A stretch of DNA of 64,000 nt, from the NCBI GenBank assembly GCA_016930485.1, contig JAFGGP010000050.1:15370-79369 (forward strand), read 5' to 3'. This stretch comes from Candidatus Omnitrophota bacterium. Its GTDB lineage: Bacteria > Omnitrophota > Gorgyraeia > JAFGGP01. Positions 49,826 to 58,648 of this stretch are shown piece after piece (the stretch's first letter is position 1; each line of letters starts with the position of its first letter). Below the pieces are notes generated by a model that was not told where the DNA came from, did no database searches, and worked only from the letters and a program-made list of their open reading frames with translations. The translations under genes and the position numbers were made by a program.

Positions 49826-50314
49826 ATGTTGTGTCCCTACTGCGGTCATGCGGAAGATAAGGTGGTGGATTCGCGATCGAGCGATAATAACCGGGCGATC
49901 AGACGGCGCCGCGAGTGCCTGAGGTGTGGTAAACGCTTTACCACCTACGAGCATATTGAGGACATGGGGCTTTTGGTAATAAAAAGTGACGGCCGCCGGG
50001 AGGCGTTTGACCGCGGCAAAATGCTCTCCGGTCTGGTCAAGGCATGCAATAAGAGGCCCGTGGGCATGGAGGTACTTGAGTCAATAGTAGATGATATCGA
50101 GAGGATACTTCATAAAACATTCGACAAAGAGGTAAGTTCCAACGAAATCGGTGAACTGGTTATGTCACATCTGCAACAGCTGGATGAGGTGGCGTATGTC
50201 AGGTTTGCGTCGGTCTACCGGCAATTTAAAGACATCAACCAGTTTGTTTCTGAACTGAGAGAGCTGCTGGATAAGCCTGCAAAGGGCGCGAAGAAAAAAA
50301 GCGGAATACATTAA
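49826..50314 (+). CDS. nrdR: Transcriptional repressor NrdR
   Basis: CPYCGH...[17 protein letters not shown] zinc ribbon plus an ATP-cone domain. Confidence 0.95.
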   Translation: MLCPYCGHAEDKVVDSRSSDNNRAIRRRRECLRCGKRFTTYEHIEDMGLLVIKSDGRREAFDRGKMLSGLVKACNKRPVGMEVLESIVDDIERILHKTFDKEVSSNEIGELVMSHLQQLDEVAYVRFASVYRQFKDINQFVSELRELLDKPAKGAKKKSGIH

Positions 50315-51984
50315 TACCGTGTCTCTTCTGAGTCAAGTTCCGCGAGGGTAAGATTCGCTTTTTCCTTGAGTTCCTCAAACCACTTCTGATAATACTCGCT
50401 CTGTTTTCTGATAACCATTTTTTCTCTGAACCCTTCTTTTTGCTGCGCGAACAATTCCTTGTCTACATCCTGCAGTTCGTCAAGCCTGATGATAAAGCTT
50501 CCCTGCTGATTCGAGATGACCGGGGCAATTTCGTTAAGGGCCAGATTTGCTATGAGTGCCGAGGTCTCCGGCGAGAAGCCAATATAAGGGATGTAGCCGC
50601 TCAAGGTAAAAAGCTCCGTTTTTTGAACCTCATAACCAAGGATGCTTGCCGTCTCCTCGAGGGTTTTTCCGCCATTCTGAATGCTATCCTGTATCTGCGT
50701 GCGGAGTTCCTCTGCCTTTTTTTCTGCCCGCAAGAGTGACTGCTCGCGAAGATACTGTGCCTTCACCGATTCTTTTGCCTCCTGAAACGGGGGTATGTAG
50801 GACTCTTTTTTATCTTTCAGCTGCAGGATGTAATAGCCTTCTGGAGTTTTAACCAGCTCGCTGACGTCGCCGACCACCTCCAGTGCAAAGGCCGCTTTTG
50901 CAATCGGCTGCGAGAAACCAATGTCGGGGATCGGTTGATTTTCAGAAAAGTATCCCGTCTCCTGTATGGTAAACGAAAAATCGTGCGCCACTTTCTCAAG
51001 GTCAAAGTATTCATAAAGATTATCTTCTACACGCCTTACGGTCGTGGCGACAGCGGCCTGGAGGACCTCCTGCTTTAACTCTTCGCGAATCTCGTCTTTC
51101 ACCTCTTCGAGGTTACGATATTTAATGACAGTTTTACTTTTTGGTCCTTCGGTTTCTGCGGCATCGCCGGCAACATCCGGTGAAGCAGATCCCCCCTCCG
51201 GCAATACCAGGGTATCGACGACCTCTTCCCCATACTCTTCCAGATTCGCCTCATAGTAGGCCTCGATATCTTTGTCCGGTATCTCAACGGTCTTTTCAAT
51301 GTCGGACAGCAGTATTTCTATATATCTGATGCTGATCTGATCGGCTGTCTTAAAGGCCTCTTTGTGTTCCTCGTAGTATTTTTCCAGTGCGGCATCCGAG
51401 ACGGCTATCTCTGATTCGTACTGCGCGGGGTCTATAACAATGACCGAGAGAGCCGCCTGCCGCCGTTCCTTAGTGTATTCGGCAAGCACTTCTTCGTCTT
51501 CTACGACAACCTCGCTGATGACGTCGTTGCGCAGCTTTGCAATGGCAATATCCTCTTTCATCTGCTGTTCAAATTTTGTCAGACGGTGCCCGAGTCGCTG
51601 CTGGTAGTAACGCGGGTCAAATGCGCCATTTCGCTGGAACTGGGGAAGACTCGTGATGACCTGGGCGAGCTCCTTATCGGTAACGGTAATATTTCTTTGT
51701 TGTACCTCTTCCAGGAGGATCAATCTGTTCCAGGCAAGCTCATCGATTTTTTCAGAGTCGATATTCTCGCCGTATTGATTCTGGGCGAACTGTTTTGAGA
51801 CCTGCCAGCTCTCAAGGTATTTCTCAAAACTGATCTTTTTGCCGAAGATGGAGCCGATACACACATCGCTTTTCTTGGTCCTGACCGCACTCCCAACACC
51901 CCATACAATGAAGGCAGGCACGATAAGGGAGGCCAGAACCACCATGACTCTTTTCATTATCTTTTTATTTCGAAGGGTTTTCAT
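50311..51984 (-). CDS. PpiD/SurA-like periplasmic chaperone (peptidyl-prolyl isomerase family)
   Basis: N-terminal membrane anchor, a SurA_N-like region and a parvulin-like segment ([21 protein letters not shown]). The start is uncertain (51984 or 51957; the track ORF extends to 52038). Confidence 0.7.
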   Translation of the reverse strand: MKTLRNKKIMKRVMVVLASLIVPAFIVWGVGSAVRTKKSDVCIGSIFGKKISFEKYLESWQVSKQFAQNQYGENIDSEKIDELAWNRLILLEEVQQRNITVTDKELAQVITSLPQFQRNGAFDPRYYQQRLGHRLTKFEQQMKEDIAIAKLRNDVISEVVVEDEEVLAEYTKERRQAALSVIVIDPAQYESEIAVSDAALEKYYEEHKEAFKTADQISIRYIEILLSDIEKTVEIPDKDIEAYYEANLEEYGEEVVDTLVLPEGGSASPDVAGDAAETEGPKSKTVIKYRNLEEVKDEIREELKQEVLQAAVATTVRRVEDNLYEYFDLEKVAHDFSFTIQETGYFSENQPIPDIGFSQPIAKAAFALEVVGDVSELVKTPEGYYILQLKDKKESYIPPFQEAKESVKAQYLREQSLLRAEKKAEELRTQIQDSIQNGGKTLEETASILGYEVQKTELFTLSGYIPYIGFSPETSALIANLALNEIAPVISNQQGSFIIRLDELQDVDKELFAQQKEGFREKMVIRKQSEYYQKWFEELKEKANLTLAELDSEETRY

Positions 51985-52184
51985 TATCATAATGGGAGGT
52001 ATTATACATGAAAGAGCGGCATTGTGCAACTCTGCCAATACAGGTAGGGTGCAGGAAGCCCGGGCAACGTATTGACAGATCAGGGAAAGTATCTTACAAT
52101 ATCTTTACTTCAATCATTTCAGGATGATAGAAATATTTCCCCTTTTTACCCTTTTCGTTGTCTACGGGCGCAGATAAGGACGCA

Positions 52185-53651
52185 ATGTCAATAGCCGCAG
52201 CAAAAAAACACCGCTTTTTCGCAGGCACCCTCCTGCTTTTTATACTCTTTTTGTCTCTACGTCTCTATCAGCTGGGATCCCGGGATTTGTGGTATGATGA
52301 GGTTATAAGCTTCTACTACGCACAACAACCCATGGTGAGCGGGAATGCCCCTTTGTATTACGGTATCCTGCATTACTGGCTGAAGATAGCCCCTTTTTCC
52401 GAGTTTGTCCTGCGTTTTCCCTCGGCAATCTCCAGTTTTATGTCCGTCATCCTCGTTTTTCTTCTGGGCAAGGAGCTTTTCGGAAAAAAAACCGCGCTTT
52501 TTGCCTCGCTTTTAATGGGGCTTTCTCCGTTCCAGATATGGTATGCCCAGGAGGCCCGCACCTACAGCATGATGTTATTTTTTGGGGCGCTTTCATTATA
52601 TCTCTTTCATCGTGCATTACGTTACAGGCGCGCGACACTCTGGTGGGGCTTTATGGCAGCGAGCCTCCTGGGGATCTACACCAATTACTTTTTCTTCGTC
52701 CTTTTCTTTGTTCAGGTAACGTATACTCTTATCTTTTTCAAAAAAGTGCGGTTAAAACTGCGGGAGATAATCCCTTTTCTCTGTGTCGGGGCGCTTTTTC
52801 TGCCGTATCTGGGCCCTTTTTTACAAAAATTCTTTACCATAAGGAATGGTTTCTGGATACCGCGCCCCTCTCTTTATTCACTGTGGGTTACCATAGAGAA
52901 CATTATTCTCGGATATAATGCCCATCGCGAGGTGTATGCACTAACCAGTTTGTTAGTTACGATTCTTTTTGTCGCGACGATGCTCACATTGCAAGACAAA
53001 GAGTTGCGGCCCCGGATTATATTTTGTCTGTATTTCTTTCTGGCCCCCGTTCTCTTTTCCTTTTTGTTCTCCCGTCTTTTCTTTTCGGTGTACATAGACC
53101 GGGCCCTGATTATTGTCACGCCGGCGCTCTACCTCCTTATCGGTCTGGGGATCGCCGCTATGTGGGAGAAGGCCATTATCGTCATGTGCACCATCCTGTG
53201 TTACGGTCTGCTTGCGTATTACACCGGTGAGATGCCCATGCCGGTTGGGCACCATATCGGGACCTATGTGAAGCGGCCCATACGGCCGATAGTGGCGTTT
53301 ATCAGGGATAACAGGGGTGGGGACGATATATGCGGGTTTACCAACTACGGGCTACAGCTCCCTTTTGTTTTTTATGAGACGGACAAGACAATGGAGACTT
53401 ACTATTTTTTCGATCCCCGAATTTTAGATACCACTTGGAAGCAGCCCTTTGGGGAGGGGCGATTGTGCGTACCCATGCATAAAATAGAGACCTTGCCTTT
53501 TAAGAGATTATGGCTTGTTGCCTCGAACTGGAATAGAGATGGGGGGTTATGCGAGAATTCCCGATCGGTTAAAGAGTGGTTGGACAACCACTTTACCTTG
53601 CAGCTATGCAAGAAGTTACATGGGTCCTGGGTATTTGCGTATGAGCGCTGA
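52185..53651 (+). CDS. Glycosyltransferase family 39 (ArnT/PMT-like) membrane protein
   Basis: About 488 aa polytopic protein. A first-loop DE motif (LWYDEVISFYYA) and the WYAQEARTYS segment are typical of GT-C/GT39 enzymes. Confidence 0.75.
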   Translation: MSIAAAKKHRFFAGTLLLFILFLSLRLYQLGSRDLWYDEVISFYYAQQPMVSGNAPLYYGILHYWLKIAPFSEFVLRFPSAISSFMSVILVFLLGKELFGKKTALFASLLMGLSPFQIWYAQEARTYSMMLFFGALSLYLFHRALRYRRATLWWGFMAASLLGIYTNYFFFVLFFVQVTYTLIFFKKVRLKLREIIPFLCVGALFLPYLGPFLQKFFTIRNGFWIPRPSLYSLWVTIENIILGYNAHREVYALTSLLVTILFVATMLTLQDKELRPRIIFCLYFFLAPVLFSFLFSRLFFSVYIDRALIIVTPALYLLIGLGIAAMWEKAIIVMCTILCYGLLAYYTGEMPMPVGHHIGTYVKRPIRPIVAFIRDNRGGDDICGFTNYGLQLPFVFYETDKTMETYYFFDPRILDTTWKQPFGEGRLCVPMHKIETLPFKRLWLVASNWNRDGGLCENSRSVKEWLDNHFTLQLCKKLHGSWVFAYER

Positions 53652-54813
53652 AGAACGGATAGTGAGACATATACTGGGGTGGGTTACGGGGCGTACCGAA
53701 CCGGGCGAGACGCCGGATTTCAATGCCTCTTCCGTCGATTGGGGATACCTCGGCGATTTACTCGCTCATCACGAGCTTCTTGCCTTTGCCTATGAGGCAT
53801 TTAAAGAATATGGCCTTACCGCTCCGGGGGCGATGCAGGAAAAATTAAAAAACACATATTACTGCACGCTGCTGCGTAACGAGCGTCTTATGGATGAGCT
53901 CGTCAGGATCACGCGCCGGTTTCGGGAAGCAGGTATACGCGTGGCCGCCCTCAAAGGGGTGGCCTTTCTCCCTGATATCTACACGAGTCTTCCCGTCCGG
54001 TCGATGACCGATATCGATATCCTGATCCAGGACGCGGATTACCAGAAAGCGGCAGGCCTTTTATGCGAGATGGGGTATTACAAGGATTTCTGGGGGCTGA
54101 CCGAGGAGTACTGGCGGACAAAGCAGTGTCACGTGGCCTTTTACAAAAAAGATCACAACAGGCTTTCAGGGTTTGTCGAACTGCACTGGGCACTTGATGT
54201 AAAAAGAGGGGGTGAGACGATTCTCCCGCGTCTGTGGGAAAGAACGCGGGAGATATATGCAAATAACGGTCCGGCGCTGCAGACCCTTTCACCCGAGGAC
54301 GCGCTTTTGCACATCGCCCTTCACCAGCGAAGGTTCGGGAAGATGCTGTGCCTGAAGTATGCCGTGGATCTCTCTTTACTCATTCAGAAATATAAAGATA
54401 CGTTTGATTGGGGGTATGTGCTTGAAGAGGCGAAAAGCGGGAAGATGCGAACCTCGCTCTATTTTCTTTTATCGCAGGCAGCGATGTTTCTTGAAGTCCG
54501 TCTTCCTCCTTCTGTAGAAGAGGGGCTTGGGGTGTCTGGGCGGAAGAAGAGACGCATCCATCATTTTATCAGAACAAGCGCCTGGCTTCCGTACGAAAAA
54601 AGAGACACGCGGAAATTATATCTGAAAGGGCATTTTCTTCTCTATGACCACCCTGCCGAACCCCTCACCGCTATTTTAAACATCCCCAGGGAACAGTTTG
54701 CCAAGTATTACTGTCTTACGCCGTATGCCAGGAAGACCGGTTTTTTCTATCACACCCGTTTTGCGTACATACCGTTTAGAACGCTGTGCGATCTTATACC
54801 GAAGAGGCGCTGA
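53641..54813 (+). CDS. Uncharacterised nucleotidyltransferase family protein (PF14907-like)
   Basis: AALKGVAFLPDIY...RSMTDIDILIQ motif. The ATG at 53641 overlaps the GT39 stop by 11 nt. The longer track ORF (53515) was rejected. Confidence 0.7.
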   Translation: MSAEERIVRHILGWVTGRTEPGETPDFNASSVDWGYLGDLLAHHELLAFAYEAFKEYGLTAPGAMQEKLKNTYYCTLLRNERLMDELVRITRRFREAGIRVAALKGVAFLPDIYTSLPVRSMTDIDILIQDADYQKAAGLLCEMGYYKDFWGLTEEYWRTKQCHVAFYKKDHNRLSGFVELHWALDVKRGGETILPRLWERTREIYANNGPALQTLSPEDALLHIALHQRRFGKMLCLKYAVDLSLLIQKYKDTFDWGYVLEEAKSGKMRTSLYFLLSQAAMFLEVRLPPSVEEGLGVSGRKKRRIHHFIRTSAWLPYEKRDTRKLYLKGHFLLYDHPAEPLTAILNIPREQFAKYYCLTPYARKTGFFYHTRFAYIPFRTLCDLIPKRR

Positions 54814-55268
54814 TGCAGACAGAGCAGCCAGAGAAAAAGGCCGTATCATTCTATGAAGCCTCTGGTTTCAGTATGTGGCCTTTTTTGAAAAAGGGAGAGC
54901 GCATCATCATCAGGGAGACGCCGCCGGATGAACTGAAAAAGGGCGACGCGATACTCTACCAGAGAGACGGGGCGGTCGTATGCCACAGGGTTATTAAAAA
55001 ATACTGCGGGGGAGAGGGTATTATTTTTTTTACCAGAGGGGACAATTCGTTCGCCGCTCCGGAGCGAGTTTTGGCGTCCGAGGTGCTCGGTAAGGCCATT
55101 GCCGTAAAAAAGGGGAAGAAGATAACGTCTCTGACTTCAGGAAAAAACCGGCTTATAGGACTCTGTATTATCGCAACCGCCCCGTTTCGTGTACGGCTTA
55201 TACGCATCCTGGGGCCGGTCTACCGGCGCTTCAAGAGATTCGCAGGGGGTCTGCGTACTTTCGTTTGA
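54813..55268 (+). CDS. S26/S24-type signal-peptidase-like serine peptidase
   Basis: SGFSMWPFLKKGERIII (Ser nucleophile context GxSMxPxL) and GDAILYQRDGAVVCHRVI. ATGA-type overlap with the upstream stop. Confidence 0.65.
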   Translation: MQTEQPEKKAVSFYEASGFSMWPFLKKGERIIIRETPPDELKKGDAILYQRDGAVVCHRVIKKYCGGEGIIFFTRGDNSFAAPERVLASEVLGKAIAVKKGKKITSLTSGKNRLIGLCIIATAPFRVRLIRILGPVYRRFKRFAGGLRTFV

Positions 55269-55341
55269 ATAAACAGGGAAGGTGAACTATAATCATACTA
55301 CTATTACTAGAGACCGTTACAACCAGACAGGGAGGCTTATT

Positions 55342-55674
55342 ATGAAAGACTCTACCGTATTTGATAAAAATCCCGATATCGTAAGCCGGACTATAGAAGA
55401 TGAAACTATCCTTCTGCCGGTTTACAGAACCTCGGAGGAAATTAACTGTCTTTATACCCTGAATGAATCGGCGGCGGCTGTCTGGGATTTAATCGACGGC
55501 AGGCGGTCATTGGGGGAGATTAAAGAGGCAATGCTCAGGCAATTTGAAGCGACGCCCGAAGAGATAGATAAGGAGATGGGAATTCTCTTGAAAGATTTAA
55601 CCGAGATCAAGGCCATTACCCCGGTCAAAGAAACAAAGGGCGCAGGGCGCGCGGGGCGGGCCACTCATACATGA
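55342..55674 (+). CDS. PqqD family protein (RiPP recognition element-like)
   Basis: 110 aa with the typical PqqD pattern DIVSRTIEDETILL...LNESAAAVWDLIDGRRSLGEI...EIDKEMGILLKDL. SD GGGAGG lies before the ATG at 55342. Confidence 0.8.
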   Translation: MKDSTVFDKNPDIVSRTIEDETILLPVYRTSEEINCLYTLNESAAAVWDLIDGRRSLGEIKEAMLRQFEATPEEIDKEMGILLKDLTEIKAITPVKETKGAGRAGRATHT

Positions 55675-56855
55675 AACACATAGAAACAGCCCATTTCTAC
55701 AGCAGGCTATACGATAAAGAAGAGCAGCGCCCCTATTCCGGGCAGCTCGAACTCACCTACCGCTGCGATCTCGACTGCATTCATTGTTACTGCAAGGGCT
55801 CGGAAGAGGTACCAAGTCACAGGTCACAGGTCGCAGATCACAGGTCGAAATTAACAGAGGAAACTTTTCCGAAAAAAAAAGAACTAACTACCATTCAATG
55901 GAAAAGGATTTTAGACGAAGTCCAAAAAGAAGGATGCCTCTGCCTTACCCTGACCGGCGGAGAGCCCTTGATCAGGGATGACTTTCTTGAGATCTACGGT
56001 TACGCGAAAAGGCTCGGTTTTATCATTACCATTTTTACCAACGGCCAGTCATTGACGAATGAGATTATTGACTATCTGGAAAAATACCCGCCCTTTTCGA
56101 TAGAAATTACCCTTAACGGCATTACAAAAAATACCTACGAATCGATTACCCGGGTTGACGGTTCCTTTGAAAGGGTGATGGAAAATATCCGTGCCCTCCG
56201 CGCGAGGAGATTGCCTCTTATTATAAAGGCGAACTGCCTGAAACAAAACAGACACGAGATCGCAAAAATAAAACAATGGGCAGAAGATTTACTGGGAAAA
56301 TCAGCTAAAATGACTGAGATGTGTGACGTGCGACCTGAGACATGTGACATTAGAAAGTATAATTTTAAATACGACCCCATGATTTTCCCCCGACTCAATG
56401 GAGACAGGGCCCCGTGCGAGCACCGACTTTCTTTTGAGGAGTTGACACAGCTCCGCCGGCAGGACCCGGATATCTGGGGAGAGTATCGGGAAGGATGCGA
56501 GGCCGGGCTGCCGGATTTGACACGGGAGGCGCGGTTTCTCTACCGTTGTAACGCCTGGATGAAACATTTTTTTATTAATCCTTACGGCAGGCTGAAGTTC
56601 TGTCAGTTTAGTGAGAAATTCAGCGTTGATTTAAGGGAGACGTCGTTTCACGAGGGCTTTTACCGGGCTTTTCCGAAACTCCTAACCCCAACATTTACGA
56701 CAGATTCGCGCTGCCAGCATTGCTCGCTTCGCCCCCTATGCTACCATTGCCCGGCGCGCGCATATCTCGAGACAGGAAACGAGGAGGCGCCGGTACCGTA
56801 TTACTGTGAATTGGCAAAACATATAGCAGATCAAATAAAATTGCTAAATTGTTAA
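55671..56855 (+). CDS. Radical SAM/SPASM-type peptide maturase (paralog 1)
   Basis: CDLDCIHCY (CX3CX2C), LTGGEPL and a C-terminal Cys cluster CQHCSLRPLCYHCPARAY. ATGA overlap with pqqD. Carries two heptamer-array insertions. Confidence 0.85.
   Translation: MKHIETAHFYSRLYDKEEQRPYSGQLELTYRCDLDCIHCYCKGSEEVPSHRSQVADHRSKLTEETFPKKKELTTIQWKRILDEVQKEGCLCLTLTGGEPLIRDDFLEIYGYAKRLGFIITIFTNGQSLTNEIIDYLEKYPPFSIEITLNGITKNTYESITRVDGSFERVMENIRALRARRLPLIIKANCLKQNRHEIAKIKQWAEDLLGKSAKMTEMCDVRPETCDIRKYNFKYDPMIFPRLNGDRAPCEHRLSFEELTQLRRQDPDIWGEYREGCEAGLPDLTREARFLYRCNAWMKHFFINPYGRLKFCQFSEKFSVDLRETSFHEGFYRAFPKLLTPTFTTDSRCQHCSLRPLCYHCPARAYLETGNEEAPVPYYCELAKHIADQIKLLNC
55816..55850. repeat. Intragenic heptamer array (GTCACAG-like x5), in frame in radical SAM 1
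   Basis: GTCACAG GTCACAG GTCGCAG ATCACAG GTCGAAA encodes SHRSQVADHRS. The segment is absent from the paralog at 57418. Confidence 0.85.
56324..56358. repeat. Intragenic heptamer array (CTGTGAC-like x5), inverted copy of 55816..55850
   Basis: CTGAGAT GTGTGAC GTGCGAC CTGAGAC ATGTGAC encodes part of TEMCDVRPETCD. Its reverse complement matches 26 of 35 positions of the first array. Confidence 0.8.
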
Positions 56856-56965
56856 ACTGATGCGTTGTTACATTGATAAACCGCTAAACTGTTTTATTGT
56901 TAAATTGTTTCATTGCTTAATTGTTGCGCTGATGCATTGTTAAATTGCTACAGCATTGAGAGAGT
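56856..56965. repeat. Heptamer-unit array (AATTGTT-like), left arm flanking the four-helix-bundle ORF
   Basis: TGTTAAACTG...TTGTTAAATTGTTTCATTGCTTAATTGTTGCGCTGATGCATTGTTAAATTGC. Confidence 0.75.
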
Positions 56966-56968
56966 AAG

Positions 56969-57344
56969 ATGAAAAAATATTTAGAGTTAAACGATATAGA
57001 TGCTTACCGAATTGCTTTGGATTTGTCTAATTATATTTGGAACATTGTTATCAAATGGGATTATTTTGCCAAAGATACCGTCGGCAAACAGTGGGCCAAA
57101 GCTATTGATTCTATCTCGGCTAATATTGCCGAAGGTTTTGACAGGTATTTTAAAAAAGATAAAGTTACTTTTTATCGTTACAGTTATGGTTCTATTAATG
57201 AATCTTTAGATTGGCTTGAAAAGGCAAATAGACGAACCTTGTTAAAAAAACAATGAATATCAACATATACTGAAGGAATTAAAAAAATTGCCAAAAGAAA
57301 TTCATGCATTAATTAATTTTACTAATGAACGCCTCAAAAAGTAA
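56969..57344 (+). pseudogene. Four-helix-bundle protein (23S rRNA intervening-sequence protein family), apparent +1 frameshift in an A7 run
   Basis: The N-terminal 95 aa (LDLSNYIWNIV...ISANIAEGFDRY...FYRYSYGSINESLDWLEKA) match the family. Frame 0 stops at 57254-57256. The expected C-terminus (NEYQHILKELKKLPKEIHALINFTNERLKK) continues in the +1 frame at 57252..57344. The A7 run is at 57244-57250. Confidence 0.6.
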
Positions 57345-57417
57345 CAGTTTAACAATTTGTCAGTGAAGCAGTTAGGAATTAAACGATACAACAATGGAGC
57401 AGGGCAGCAATTGAACA
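57345..57417. repeat. Heptamer-unit array (AACAATT-like), right arm complementary to 56856..56965
   Basis: CAGTTTAACAATTTGTCAG...CAGCAATTGAACAATGG, ending at the radical SAM 2 start codon. Confidence 0.7.
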
Positions 57418-58614
57418 ATGGAATATAAAGATTACGACCAATTTTGGCAAAAGATACATCAGTCCGCACGGGAAAAAGGTGTGCCGCTGCGTGTAATGTT
57501 TGAACTGACCTACCGGTGCAATTTTAACTGTGCTCACTGTTATATACCGACTGATTTTCGAACAAAGGGTGAGCTGACTACGCAAGAGGTGTTTTCCGTG
57601 CTTGATCAGCTCAAGGCGGCCGGGTGCTTTTATCTGGGGTTTACCGGCGGTGAGCCGTTCATGCGCGCTGACTTCATGGATATCCTCTGGTATGCTAAGC
57701 GCGCCGGGTTTCAGGTGATTATCTATACCAACGGATCGTTGATCGATGAGAAGAAAGCCGCGGCATTGGCGAAGTTCAGCCCGAATAAAGTGGACATTAC
57801 CATACCCGCCTTGAGCAAAGAGGCCTTTGAGCGCATTACCGGGGTAACAGGCTATTGGGACAGGGTATTTCATGCAATTGACCTGCTGCATAGCCTCGGT
57901 GTTCCTCTGGGGTTTAAGACATGCCTTTTGAGGGAAAACGAGTTGGAGATTGCTCAGATACAGGAATTTGCCGCCTCTTTAGGGTCGCTGTATCGTCTGG
58001 ATACAATGCTTTCCCCGCGGCTGGATGGGGATCCAGAACCGTACTGTTATAGGGGTACATTACATTTAGCCAAAAGTCATGGAATGCCAGCTATAAGTAA
58101 TAGAATGACAAATTTCAAATGCCAAATGACAAATGAATTCCAAATGTCAAATGACAAATTAAAAGACAAAAATATTTTATTTACATGTGGCGCGGGAAGG
58201 ACGCAGGCCGCTGTCACGCCGCTTGGTGAACTGAAGCTATGTGTGATAATCGACCGGCCGAAAATTACAATAGACACAGGACACATGACACAGGACACAA
58301 GAGAAAACTTACAAATAACACGTAACACGTCGCACGTCACACGTAATAAAAATGAGGGGGTGTCGCTGAGTGAAGCATGGGAGAAGTTAAAAGAGACAAC
58401 AGAGAATATAGAAGCGGGTAAAAAGCATCAGTGCCCGGAATGCGAGCTTGCACCGTATTGCAAGTGGTGTCCGGCGCAGAGCTGGCTGGCACATGGGACG
58501 TTTACAGGATGCGTTCCGGAAAGCCGTGCCTGGGCACAGATGGTGCAAGAGTCGCTTTGCAGTGACAGAGAAAAAATGCTCAAGGGGTATCAGTCTAAGG
58601 CAGGTATCATATAA
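57418..58614 (+). CDS. Radical SAM/SPASM-type peptide maturase (paralog 2)
   Basis: CNFNCAHCY, FTGGEPF and a C-terminal CPECELAPYCKWCPAQSW cluster. Carries two heptamer-array insertions. Confidence 0.85.
   Translation: MEYKDYDQFWQKIHQSAREKGVPLRVMFELTYRCNFNCAHCYIPTDFRTKGELTTQEVFSVLDQLKAAGCFYLGFTGGEPFMRADFMDILWYAKRAGFQVIIYTNGSLIDEKKAAALAKFSPNKVDITIPALSKEAFERITGVTGYWDRVFHAIDLLHSLGVPLGFKTCLLRENELEIAQIQEFAASLGSLYRLDTMLSPRLDGDPEPYCYRGTLHLAKSHGMPAISNRMTNFKCQMTNEFQMSNDKLKDKNILFTCGAGRTQAAVTPLGELKLCVIIDRPKITIDTGHMTQDTRENLQITRNTSHVTRNKNEGVSLSEAWEKLKETTENIEAGKKHQCPECELAPYCKWCPAQSWLAHGTFTGCVPESRAWAQMVQESLCSDREKMLKGYQSKAGII
58104..58170. repeat. Intragenic heptamer array (AATGACA-like), in frame in radical SAM 2
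   Basis: AATGACA AATTTCA AATGCCA AATGACA AATGAAT... encodes NRMTNFKCQMTNEFQMSNDKLKD. Same unit as the intergenic arrays at 47990 and 49600. Confidence 0.85.
58274..58345. repeat. Intragenic heptamer arrays ((GACACAN)x4 then (NACACGT)x4), in frame in radical SAM 2
   Basis: Encodes DTGHMTQDTRENLQITRNTSHVTRN. The first half nearly duplicates the left arm at 43916, and the second resembles the left arm at 63489. Confidence 0.85.
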
Positions 58615-58648
58615 CAATGTGGTAACTCAGAAGATACGGTAGCGGTTT

